Assembly (NCBI GenBank): GCA_963713615.1
Contig: CAVQMM010000001.1
Coordinates: forward strand, 2,688,001 to 2,752,000
Direction: 5' to 3'
Origin: an uncultured Chlamydiae bacterium
GTDB taxonomy: Bacteria; Chlamydiota; Chlamydiia; Chlamydiales; JAJFMA01
DNA: 64,000 bases
The notes under the pieces are model-generated. The model was not told where the DNA came from, searched no databases, and worked only from the letters and a program-made list of their open reading frames with translations. Shown one piece after another: positions 29,401-38,846 of this stretch; positions within the stretch are counted from its first letter, which is position 1, and each line of letters opens with the position of its first letter. The translations under genes and the position numbers were made by a program.

Positions 29401-31197
29401 TTATATCATACCTGGTGGTGCCGATGACGGTAAGGCATCATCCTGGAATAAATAGCGTACATCCTTACGTAGTCTTGCAGGCTCTTCCTTGGTCTTAGGT
29501 ATGATGACGAGATCGGCAACCTGCCCATGACTACTATGATCCAATCCCTGCGGATGTAACGGCATCCTTCTTTCTGAATTCTCGTGGCTCTTCTCATCAC
29601 GATCTTCGTCGTCTTCATCTTCGTCTTCATCCTCTTCAAACTCATCTTCATCATCCGCTACATCGCCATCAATATAGCCATGAAAACGCGAAGCAGCTGA
29701 TAAGTCGGGGCGGACGCCCCGCGGCGAAATGCCCTCCTGACCTTCATGAACATCGGTGGGAGGCTCCTCATCCTCAGAGGGTACAGGTGGAGTGTGAATT
29801 TCCCCTTCTCGCGATTGATGGTGTTTCGGTTGATCAAGCTTGAGATCCTTATCGACCGGTTTCTCTTCCTCAGGCTTCTTGGCGTTAGCACCTGAGCCTT
29901 CGGCGTGGAAGGGACTGCCCAGGACAGGTTGGTCGAGTGCATACTCCACCACATCCATCTCTGTGCGGGCCGGGCTATAAATTATCGCTTGCAAAACCTG
30001 CTTATCCTCTTTCTGTACCGGACCCACAAACACATACAATGGACCCTGCGTCTTACGGTCAACATAGTCGTCAATTTGTTCTGGAGTTGTCAGCGGTACC
30101 CAAGCCTTATCGACCAGCAATAACCAGTCATAGGGGCGCAGAACCATACGTTCCTTTTTAACTTCAAAGACATACTGAGACAACGTACGGGTGGAGATGA
30201 ACTTAAAATCTTGCTCTAGAGTCTTAGGAGTCCAAGCCTCTTTGGATTTGATTAGGTTGAGTGTGACGTGTCCCTGCCCACCAACATCCCACAAATCAAG
30301 CGTCATCACTCTGTCATCAATTTTGGAAATGCAAAGCAGTGGAAACCCGCGCGAGCCGTCCCCTAAACGAACATTTTGCCAGCGCTGACCATCCCAAATA
30401 AGGCAATCGCCAGACTTCACGTACACAGAATAGCGGTCATTGCCCTCGCCAAATTCGATACGTTCTTTGTCTTTAAAGTCGGCGTATTCCTCGCCCCCAT
30501 GAGTGTTTAAAAATTGGTCCTGTCCCAACCAACGAGCTCTCTGCCGAGCCAACAACGTGCCATCAACTTTCCACTTGCCGATTTCCCATGTGCCCCCTCC
30601 CAGACGTGCGAAGGTGCTTGCAGTCAGAACGATATTCGCGCGCTGGGATGGCTCTGAAACGACTTCCCCATTATCATTGACCATGCGTACTTTGACATTG
30701 GCCTTGTTAGCATCCTTTTCAGCCTCTATCCAAAGGCGTGTCTGCTGGTTATCCGCGCTAAAAACATAGGCTCCGGGTCTTTTGGAGTTATCATACTTCA
30801 AATATAGACGCGCACCGGGTGCAGCACTAGCCACAGTGTCGCTGCCTTTAAGACCGAAGTGCAGCACGGTAGCGGTTGCTGAGATATCTGGACGATCGTT
30901 GATACCATAATAAACGAGGTAGGGACGAAGGTCAGGAAGCTCAATTTTTGGCGGAACCAAAAGAACAGTCAGGATCGGGCCTCCAATCGCATTGTAAGCC
31001 TCAGGACTTTGTGCAAAGGCGTTCTTTGGCAACTGATCAAACTTCTCAGCTTCTTCTTGTAGGGCGACCTCAGGAACCGTGCCACCCCTGTGAAAAAGCT
31101 TAAGAAACACCAATAGTGCTAAGAGAAGGACGCACACTAGCAAAAAATAGTTGACCCAACGCAGGATCTTTCTGATCATTCCAAGCCCGCCATTCAC
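29401..31197 (-). CDS. Membrane-anchored protein upstream of gspD with acidic disordered C-terminus
   Basis: N-terminal TM, 598 aa, D/E tract; co-oriented and adjacent to gspD. Confidence 0.7.
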   Translation of the reverse strand: MNGGLGMIRKILRWVNYFLLVCVLLLALLVFLKLFHRGGTVPEVALQEEAEKFDQLPKNAFAQSPEAYNAIGGPILTVLLVPPKIELPDLRPYLVYYGINDRPDISATATVLHFGLKGSDTVASAAPGARLYLKYDNSKRPGAYVFSADNQQTRLWIEAEKDANKANVKVRMVNDNGEVVSEPSQRANIVLTASTFARLGGGTWEIGKWKVDGTLLARQRARWLGQDQFLNTHGGEEYADFKDKERIEFGEGNDRYSVYVKSGDCLIWDGQRWQNVRLGDGSRGFPLLCISKIDDRVMTLDLWDVGGQGHVTLNLIKSKEAWTPKTLEQDFKFISTRTLSQYVFEVKKERMVLRPYDWLLLVDKAWVPLTTPEQIDDYVDRKTQGPLYVFVGPVQKEDKQVLQAIIYSPARTEMDVVEYALDQPVLGSPFHAEGSGANAKKPEEEKPVDKDLKLDQPKHHQSREGEIHTPPVPSEDEEPPTDVHEGQEGISPRGVRPDLSAASRFHGYIDGDVADDEDEFEEDEDEDEDDEDRDEKSHENSERRMPLHPQGLDHSSHGQVADLVIIPKTKEEPARLRKDVRYLFQDDALPSSAPPGMI

Positions 31198-31285
31198 GTC
31201 AAATAAGGAAGCGGGATCTTATCCGATGCCCCATAAAATTAGGGAGAGAATTTTGTTCGTTTCCTCTTTTTTTTTTGGACGCTCC

Positions 31286-31637
31286 GTAATCGTTCAAGGG
31301 GTAAAAGAATCCGAGCCCGTGTGCGTGCCCATATGCGTTAAGCTAAGTGAATTAGGAATTTTTACCGCCGAGACGCAGAGATAGGAGAGAGAGGATTAGG
31401 AGAGAATCGTATTCCTGCGGGAACCCTTAGACTGGATTTTGTCCAGAGTCGGTGGTAACTGAACATTCTTCCCTCTTCCCCCTCCTCTCTTTCCTATCTC
31501 GGCGCCTCGGCGGTAAAAATCCTAAAAAAGCCCCACGAACTTCTATGCGTCTCGGCGGTGAAAATTTCTAATTCTCTTAGCTTAAAGTGTATGGGCACGC
31601 ACACGGGCTCGGATTCTTTTATCCCTTGAACGGTTAC
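31286..31637. repeat. Long inverted-repeat element, family C, copy 1
   Basis: About 95-bp imperfect arms GTAATCGTTCAAGGG...CCGCCGAGACGCA / TGCGTCTCGGCGG...CCCTTGAACGGTTAC. Confidence 0.88.
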
Positions 31638-31759
31638 CCGAATTCTTCAGAAAAACCATTAAAATTGAGTTTATAATGAATAATTTGCTTTTGTGAAGGC
31701 TATTTTTGTATAATTTAATTGTACAGCGCAGGATATGTAAAATCATAAGGAGCAACGGT

Positions 31760-32194
31760 ATGGCCAACCCACCGTCCGAAGATCCAAGAACCCCCAACTC
31801 CGAAGAACCCGATGGCCAGAAAAACAAGGCCTCCAATCAAACAGATGCAAAAAATCCAGCAAAAGAGGTCGTACAGAATATCTACCTCATAGCGAGGAGT
31901 GTGCAACGCGATACTATAGCTTATGCTGTGTTAGTCATCGGCCTTTTGCTGACACCCTGGATACCACTATGGGGAGGAGCTCTGGTGGGAATTGTTTTTG
32001 GAATCTATTTCTGTGACGAGATGTTAAGCCGCGTCAAGGGCTTCCGTAAGTATTTGGAAGAAGAAGGTACAGCCAAGTCGATCGTCTTTGCCGGCGCCAT
32101 CGTGGCGATTCTCATTTGGTTACCCACACTCGTTCTAGGAGCTATTGCTGCTGTAGGCATTATGGCCTTGGTGCGTCGTTCCTCTGGGGCCTAG
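31760..32194 (+). CDS. Small integral membrane protein
   Basis: RBS AAGGAG before ATG 31760; two hydrophobic hairpins. Confidence 0.7.
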   Translation: MANPPSEDPRTPNSEEPDGQKNKASNQTDAKNPAKEVVQNIYLIARSVQRDTIAYAVLVIGLLLTPWIPLWGGALVGIVFGIYFCDEMLSRVKGFRKYLEEEGTAKSIVFAGAIVAILIWLPTLVLGAIAAVGIMALVRRSSGA

Positions 32195-32221
32195 TTCTAA
32201 TATGGACCCACTTGCGATCGT

Positions 32222-33103
32222 TCAACCCCGGGGCTTTGGCGCAGTCGAAATGTGCAAAATCTGCCCGCGTGTAGTATAACCGAGCAATTGTGCTGCTGGC
32301 AAAACAATCAGCGTTGCTACCATCGCTAGCGGATGTATCCCGGTATGATAGTGCAAACGGCTGAAATCGTTACTCGAGAGTCCTGGCCTTTCAGCTAAAG
32401 ACATCAAACCATAAAGGATATGGTCGAGAAGCTGAACATAAGCAAAAAGCTCAAGAATTCGGCTTATCGTTGGATGTGATTCTCTCAAAGCATTCGAACC
32501 CGCAAGCGCTGCCATAGCGACTAACATGGCGGCTACTATTCCACCTGCAATCACCAAAGATGTTGAAGCTTCTATCCCTATAAGTCTTCCAAAAAAGGTA
32601 AGAGACCTCATCGGGGCCAATTGAGTGCTTCCCCCTCGGAAGGGATAGATGTGAATGCAAGGATTAGCTCCCTTATAGCAACTTAATGCTGCGAGAGCAT
32701 GACCAGACTCATGCACCAACGCTGTAGCGCCCGCCTGCCCCGCGACATTTACCAGGGAAAGCTCCGAAAGAAATCTCGACTGAGAAACCGTTTGAGCGCT
32801 CAGGCCTTTTTCGTTCGAACACGTGGGTATCCACCCCATTCTTTGCGCGGCATAGGCAGACAGTTGACAGACAAGTTCACCAACCAAACCCACCAAAGCA
32901 GTCGAAATAATCACCATCCCAAGAGGTGCGGCCACGAACGACATAATGATGCAATTAACCGACAATGAAGCCACCAATGCTCCCAAAGCACGGGCAGCAA
33001 CCTGGATAACCTGGGCATCGTTGGCGGTGTCGCGGCTCTGACGCTTGAGTTCACCCATCCATGGAATTGTCGGAAACCATGGGACATTTCTGATCCCTTC
33101 CAT
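32222..33103 (-). CDS. M50-like membrane metallopeptidase
   Basis: HESGH (HExxH), IAGG, SNDF; AGGAGG before ATG 33103; the longer ORF runs into the MITE. Confidence 0.7.
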   Translation of the reverse strand: MEGIRNVPWFPTIPWMGELKRQSRDTANDAQVIQVAARALGALVASLSVNCIIMSFVAAPLGMVIISTALVGLVGELVCQLSAYAAQRMGWIPTCSNEKGLSAQTVSQSRFLSELSLVNVAGQAGATALVHESGHALAALSCYKGANPCIHIYPFRGGSTQLAPMRSLTFFGRLIGIEASTSLVIAGGIVAAMLVAMAALAGSNALRESHPTISRILELFAYVQLLDHILYGLMSLAERPGLSSNDFSRLHYHTGIHPLAMVATLIVLPAAQLLGYTTRGQILHISTAPKPRG

Positions 33104-33240
33104 ACTCGACCTCCTGGCCAAATATGCTACCTGAGCCTCATTAAGTTTGGTTAAACGCTGTAAATATGAACGGCTTTGGCGCGGTCCAAATTCCAAATTT
33201 ATGACCGAGTATGGTATAGGTTTTCCTCTATACAAAATTA

Positions 33241-33401
33241 GGCCTTGTTCACCTTTGCGGTCAGAATTTCGGTCGGACGAAAAAAGTCGGATGTCGTGGT
33301 TTGTGACGAGGGCATAGCGCCAGCTATGTCCGAGGAGCAAAACGCGACAGACGATCCTTATTGCAGCCGACCGAAAACTGACCGAAAAGGCGAACAAGGC
33401 C
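33241..33401 (-). mobile_element. MITE family B, copy 2 (inverted, more diverged)
   Basis: Same TIRs; flanks CAAAATTA / TAAAATTA. Confidence 0.88.
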
Positions 33402-33419
33402 TAAAATTAAAGGAGTACC

Positions 33420-34784
33420 ATGGTACACATCAAAATCACTAAAGGCCTGGATATTCCTATCAAAGGTCAGCCGAAGGGAGCCGTCCAAGATCTTGCTCGC
33501 CCCGATACCGTATCGCTCAGCCTACGTGCGTTTGAACAGGTGAAATTTAAGGTACTGGTCAAGACTGGTGATGTTGTTAAAATCGGTCAACCACTCGCCC
33601 TGGATAAGGACCACCCCGATCGTGTCTTTGTAGCGCCAGCTTCGGGAATGATCATCGATGTCCTGCGCGGACACAAGCGCCACCCCACAAACATCACGAT
33701 CCGCATGAATCGTGCTGATGAATATATCGAGGGAACTCCTCACCCGATTCAGAGCGCAAACCGCGATGAACTTATGAAAGCGCTACTAGCAGGAGGATTA
33801 TTCTGTCATATTCGCCAGCGCCCTTTTAACACTTTAGCGGATCCGACAAAAATGCCTCGTAGCATTTTTGTGAAGGCTTTGGAGTCGGCTCCCTTCGCCC
33901 CTCCCGCTGAATTGCAAGTTGCCGGTAACGAAAAGGAATTTGCCGCTGGGCTACAGGCCCTTTCCAAGCTTACGCCCGGAGCCGTTCATCTGGTCTATCG
34001 CCAAGATACACCCTGCAAGGCCTTCACGGAGGCCACCCATGTTCAACACCATACCACCGAGGGGCCTCACCCCATCGCTAACCATTCGCTCCATATTCAG
34101 ACCATTGACCCCATCACAGCTCCTGAAGATGTTATTTGGACTGTTTCAGCTCTAGACGTCGTCGCTATCGGCCATTACCTACTTACCGGTAAGCCTTATA
34201 TCTATCGCGTTGTCAGCGTCGCTGGGCCAGGAATCGTCGAAGAACGGGCTGGTTATTTCAAAGCTCGCGCTGGGCATCCCGTCTCAGGACTAATCGCCAA
34301 CAAAATCCCTAGAGGCTACTTTCGATTCATCTCCGGAGACCCTCTTACCGGTGAGAAAGTTGATGCCGAAGACTACTTAAATTTCTACGACACCACATTC
34401 TCAGTGATCCCTGAAGCTGTAACTAGGGAATTCCTGCACTTCTTCCGACCAGGACTCGAAAAATATACAGCTAGCAAATGCTACGTTTCGGGACATCTTC
34501 ACGGATCACACCGTCAATACGATTTCACTACCAGCTTGCATGGGGAACACCGAGCTTTTGTCACCAACACTCCCTATGACAAAGTCATGCCCCTACGGAT
34601 ATCCACAATGTTGCTGTGTAAGGCCGTCATGGCAGAAGATTACGAACTCGCCGACCAAATGGGCCTGTTGGAAGTCGCCCCAGAAGATTTTGCCTTGCCA
34701 ACGTTCGTTTGCCCATCAAAAATTGAGATCATGGACATCATCAAACACGGCTTGATCACCTACAAACAGGAAGTTCTACCTTAA
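33420..34784 (+). CDS. nqrA: Na(+)-translocating NADH-quinone reductase subunit A
   Basis: IKITKGLDIPIKGQP, APASG, IRQRPF, GPHP, ISGDPLTG, EDFALPTFVCPSKI. Confidence 0.93.
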   Translation: MVHIKITKGLDIPIKGQPKGAVQDLARPDTVSLSLRAFEQVKFKVLVKTGDVVKIGQPLALDKDHPDRVFVAPASGMIIDVLRGHKRHPTNITIRMNRADEYIEGTPHPIQSANRDELMKALLAGGLFCHIRQRPFNTLADPTKMPRSIFVKALESAPFAPPAELQVAGNEKEFAAGLQALSKLTPGAVHLVYRQDTPCKAFTEATHVQHHTTEGPHPIANHSLHIQTIDPITAPEDVIWTVSALDVVAIGHYLLTGKPYIYRVVSVAGPGIVEERAGYFKARAGHPVSGLIANKIPRGYFRFISGDPLTGEKVDAEDYLNFYDTTFSVIPEAVTREFLHFFRPGLEKYTASKCYVSGHLHGSHRQYDFTTSLHGEHRAFVTNTPYDKVMPLRISTMLLCKAVMAEDYELADQMGLLEVAPEDFALPTFVCPSKIEIMDIIKHGLITYKQEVLP

Positions 34785-35431
34785 GGATAGTTTAGCCACA
34801 TCGTCGTATACAGGTTGTACAGGAGCCAAATCATGATCGTGCCGACAACTCCATCGAAGACTCGTGCACCAATAGGATTGAGGATAACCTTGCGGAGCGC
34901 ACGTGCGCAATATCCTAACGCGATAAACCAGACGATAGAGGCGATTATTGCTCCAATAGCAAAGGAAATACGGTCATCAGCCTCTTCATAGCGCAGCGCC
35001 ATTCCTCCAATAACGACTACAGTGTCCAAGATAGCATGCGGATTCAAGATGCTAAAGCCAATGGCAGTTAGAATAACCTTACCCCTAGACGCAATATCTG
35101 AACCTCCCGTCGCGAAGGCTTGAAAGTAACCGCCCATGATCGCGCGACGCCACGATTTGATGGCATATCCTCCGATGAATGCAATACCACCCCAGAGCAG
35201 CAAGCTGCGAAGCCACCAAACTCCGGCAATAAAATGCGATAACCCAATGGCGCCCATGGCAATAAGAAATGAATCACATAAGCTGCAAACGATAATGACT
35301 GTAGGAACGTGAAGGCCTAAGGCTCCCTGACGCAAAACGTAGGTGTTTTGCGGTCCGATTGCCAAAATCATGCTGATGGACAGGGCAAAACCTTGCCCAA
35401 ATGGCCCATATAAAAACTCATACATGATCAT
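34781..35431 (-). CDS. LysE/ArgO family amino-acid exporter
   Basis: ILAIGPQNTYVLRQG, CD, LNPHAILDTVVVIGG, ASIVWF. Confidence 0.9.
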   Translation of the reverse strand: MIMYEFLYGPFGQGFALSISMILAIGPQNTYVLRQGALGLHVPTVIIVCSLCDSFLIAMGAIGLSHFIAGVWWLRSLLLWGGIAFIGGYAIKSWRRAIMGGYFQAFATGGSDIASRGKVILTAIGFSILNPHAILDTVVVIGGMALRYEEADDRISFAIGAIIASIVWFIALGYCARALRKVILNPIGARVFDGVVGTIMIWLLYNLYTTMWLNYP

Positions 35432-35601
35432 ACCGATTGTGGATCCAGGGACCCTAAGGGAATCAGACTAGGTTTCAGAGTACGCCAAAAATGATTTTTT
35501 GACAAATGAGGACCCTCAGGGAAAACACAGTGCTAAACCTTCATTTTCAGTTAGATAACATAAAAAAAGAGGAAGAAAAACCCGCTAATTCCCTGAAGGA
35601 T

Positions 35602-36834
35602 TCATGCCCGAACAGCATAGTATAACATCGCTACCGCAGACATTCCAGCTGCTAGGACGAGAATAAGTTTAGATGACAGCAGCAGCAGAACACCCCCGAG
35701 CAGGCAAATAACGGCATCTCCCAAGACGCGTAGGGATATTTGGACACCCATAACTTCGCCTTGAACCACGTCCGAAACAGAATCCGAAATTCTTACGGTA
35801 ATAAATGTTACCCCAAGTCCGATTGCTAAACCACTAACGGCGAATAACACTATCATCAAATAGATGGAGTCAGTCAGTACCATGCCTATTAAAAAAAGGG
35901 CCAAACCACCAGTGGCACAAATGATCGTGAGTCGGCTGGAAATCCTTGAAAACAGAAATGTGGACATCCATCCATTTCCTACAGCAAGAGCGACACACAG
36001 CACACTATTGTAGAGAATGAGCTGCACCGGATCAAGAATCCACTTTGCCGTAAGATAAACTGGCCCAAACTCATAAAAAATATCGACTGCCAGAGTAAAA
36101 CAGGTAGAGGCTATCATGAGAAACTGGAGCTGCTTATTGAAAAACAAGACGCGCATCCTCTTGACAAGGTTAATGCGGTGCCAGAAATTCCGAATCTCAC
36201 CTGATGGACTATTGACAGGTCGTTTTTGCAGCACTACAGCGGACAGCCCAGCGAGGCAGAAAAAGAGAATACAAATGAAATAGAACGGTGTTGAAGTCGT
36301 CAAGCCTTCCACGAGTTTACCATCGGTCATCAAACCACCCAAAAGAGGTCCAAGAAGATAGGCTATGGAGGCAACAGCATTGATTTTGCCAAATGTCTCG
36401 TGTTTGGAGATGGTTTTGATATCGGCAGCCATGGCACGCGCAATGGCAATGTTCCCTTCCATCAGACCTGCGGCAAAGCGACTTGCAATCAGCAGCCAGA
36501 GCTGCTGCCATTCCAGCGATAACCCAGTTAATAGGTTGCAAACTGCTGTAATCACTAAACTTCCTGAAAGCAGCCGCTTGCGACCAAAATCATCTGATAA
36601 AGCTCCCAGAATCGGCGATCCTATAAACTGCCCTAGCGGATAAGCAGCCAGGGTGATTCCAAGAAATAGGGCATGACTGGATTCGCTCCAACTTGCAGGT
36701 AGAATCGAGTAGGCAGGGTTCAAGAATAGTGCAGGAAAAATCAGGTAAGGCATTGAAATGCCGATAAAACCTAAAAAGACGATGATCAGAATGACCCAAA
36801 GCTGGCGTCTGTGAGTTATTTCGAGATTCACCAT
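35602..36834 (-). CDS. MFS transporter (DHA1/TetA-like)
   Basis: GALSDDFGRK motif A, SRFAAGLMEGN, LGPLLGG; about 12 TM segments. Confidence 0.88.
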   Translation of the reverse strand: MVNLEITHRRQLWVILIIVFLGFIGISMPYLIFPALFLNPAYSILPASWSESSHALFLGITLAAYPLGQFIGSPILGALSDDFGRKRLLSGSLVITAVCNLLTGLSLEWQQLWLLIASRFAAGLMEGNIAIARAMAADIKTISKHETFGKINAVASIAYLLGPLLGGLMTDGKLVEGLTTSTPFYFICILFFCLAGLSAVVLQKRPVNSPSGEIRNFWHRINLVKRMRVLFFNKQLQFLMIASTCFTLAVDIFYEFGPVYLTAKWILDPVQLILYNSVLCVALAVGNGWMSTFLFSRISSRLTIICATGGLALFLIGMVLTDSIYLMIVLFAVSGLAIGLGVTFITVRISDSVSDVVQGEVMGVQISLRVLGDAVICLLGGVLLLLSSKLILVLAAGMSAVAMLYYAVRA

Positions 36835-36907
36835 TTTTCCTCAATGTAGTGCATCAAGTATGCACCACGTGGACTTAAAAGGTAAGCGCAATAGGAAAGG
36901 ACCTTGA

Positions 36908-37597
36908 GAGGTAATTGCAGAAGTCCGATTTCCGAAGTCAATTCCTGAAACTCGAATACAATCGAAGAGAGAGAGAAGCGATTCCCTTCCTAGGCCCGAA
37001 GGGTCGATATTGCAACAGGCCAGGGCATCGCCCCATAGGCCTCAACCTAAGCCTAACAATCGTATCTCGGCGCGCAGCGCTTTGGAGTGCGGTCGCTTGC
37101 GACCGCTTTGGGTTCCTTGCGACGGTCGTGTGCAACGGCATTACTATAATTCCCTAAGGGTAAAATAGTTAGTACATGCAGCCTTCGACGAATCCATACA
37201 ATGCCGTTTAGCATTGCCGTCCCAAGGAACGAAAAGCGGTCGCAAGCGACCGCACTCCAAAGCGCTGCGCGCCGAGATACGATTGTGAAGTCCTAAGTCA
37301 TTGAGATATAAGCTCAAAAGACCTGTTAGGTTGAGGCCTATGGGGCATCGCCCTGGTATACGCCAGGATAGGGTTTCGCAGTCTGAAAGACTGCCACAAG
37401 ATGCCGGTTTGCACACACCATTTATGCATGCTTTCTATGGCAGTCCTTCGAGGCTGACAGGAAATATCCCTTGGCCTGTTGCAATATCGACCCTTCGGGC
37501 CTAGGAGGGAGTAAGGGCCTGTGTCTCCAGGCCAGATAGTGCCATGCCATCTGAGTTCTCTAGAATTGCCTTCTCGCAAAAAAAGGTAACATTTTTT
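36908..37597. repeat. Nested composite repeat, copy 2 (diverged host, right TIR missing)
   Basis: GAGGTAATTGCAGAAGT start; same layers as copy 1, with the second module inverted. Confidence 0.88.
37034..37342 (+). mobile_element. 309-bp IS231-like MITE, copy 2
   Basis: Same TIRs; 11-bp TSD GGGCATCGCCC. Confidence 0.87.
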
Positions 37598-38846
37598 ACT
37601 CAAGGTCCTTTCTTAATACGCTTGGGGGCTTCAGCGAGGCATAGATAGCGCTTAGCTTTTGCACGGTAGCTTCCCAGCTGTATTGTTTAACAGCCTTTTG
37701 ACCTGCAGCAACCAATCGCTTCCCAAGGGCTTTATCTGTAGCTAATTTAACCATTTGTGCAAGAAGCCCCTCTTGGTCATTGTCTTCGAAAAACAAAACG
37801 TCCTCATCCGAGTGTGTAAATCCCGGAATTCCGCCGACTCGGCTGGCAATCACAGGAACTCCGGCAGCCCAAGCCTCAAGAATGACGATGCCAAACGGCT
37901 CCATGCGCGAGGGCAATACAAACATATCGGTAGCTCGGTAAGCACTCGGTAACAAGGGATCATCGGGTTGTAATCCGGGAATCAACAGCACTCGGTCGGA
38001 AATGTTTAGCCGCGCGGCCGTAGAACGAATCTCCTCGGCATAGCTTTCCACATTAATAGGCCCAATAAGAACAAGTTTGTATCCGGGAAAACGCTGGGCA
38101 AATTCAGCAAAAGCCTTAACCAATAGAACTTGATTCTTTTGAAAATCGATTCGGGATACGCACAAAATCAGGCGTTCGTCATCCTCAATGCCATATTGCC
38201 GACGAAATTGACCTGGGTCCGCCGTGCAAAATTTGTCTTCATGTACGCCATTGGGAACATAGCAGACTTTTTTACTAGGAAAACGTTTTTTCATCTCCTC
38301 ATATTCATCCTGTCCCACACAGATGATTGCGTCAGCATCTTGCAATGTACGTCGGGCCCCTAGCAACCATCCAAAAACCTTTCCCCACTCCCAATTGTTT
38401 TTGAATGGTTCTTGCATCTTGGCAGCATGCTCTGCTGGCATCGTGAATACCCCGCCATGAACACTGACAACATATGGGATACGCCTGAGACGCGCTACAG
38501 TGCGAGCTATACCCCCTAAACGGTGCTGCACATGGGTGTGGATAAGGGACAGATTGGGTTCACGTAGAAGAGAAAGAAACAGTGAAAATGAAAGTGGACT
38601 TCCACCCTTGAGACGCATCTTAGCTTGCGCATCATCGCTAAGTCCAATCCAAGGAAAAGTATAGCTAAAGCGTCTTACTGGAACTCCTTCAATGACTTCT
38701 TGGCCTGATTGACTGAACATGTCTGTACAAAAGATAACGTTGGAAACGCCTTTTTTAGACAGCTCTTGGCATGTATTAAAAACCACAGTCTCTGTTCCAC
38801 CCCACTTAGCGGGGGTAAAGCGGCGCATGACATGTGCAATCTTCAT
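37596..38846 (-). CDS. Glycosyltransferase family 4
   Basis: GGTE, SRIDFQKNQ, PSRMEPFGIVILEAWAAGVPVIAS. Confidence 0.92.
   Translation of the reverse strand: MKIAHVMRRFTPAKWGGTETVVFNTCQELSKKGVSNVIFCTDMFSQSGQEVIEGVPVRRFSYTFPWIGLSDDAQAKMRLKGGSPLSFSLFLSLLREPNLSLIHTHVQHRLGGIARTVARLRRIPYVVSVHGGVFTMPAEHAAKMQEPFKNNWEWGKVFGWLLGARRTLQDADAIICVGQDEYEEMKKRFPSKKVCYVPNGVHEDKFCTADPGQFRRQYGIEDDERLILCVSRIDFQKNQVLLVKAFAEFAQRFPGYKLVLIGPINVESYAEEIRSTAARLNISDRVLLIPGLQPDDPLLPSAYRATDMFVLPSRMEPFGIVILEAWAAGVPVIASRVGGIPGFTHSDEDVLFFEDNDQEGLLAQMVKLATDKALGKRLVAAGQKAVKQYSWEATVQKLSAIYASLKPPSVLRKDLE

Noticed and set aside
33104..33397. N-terminal extension of the M50-like ORF
   Set aside because: Runs through the MITE; a strong AGGAGG precedes ATG 33103
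33420..34784. nqrA without nqrB-F as an anomaly
   Set aside because: A split nqr locus is the known arrangement in chlamydiae
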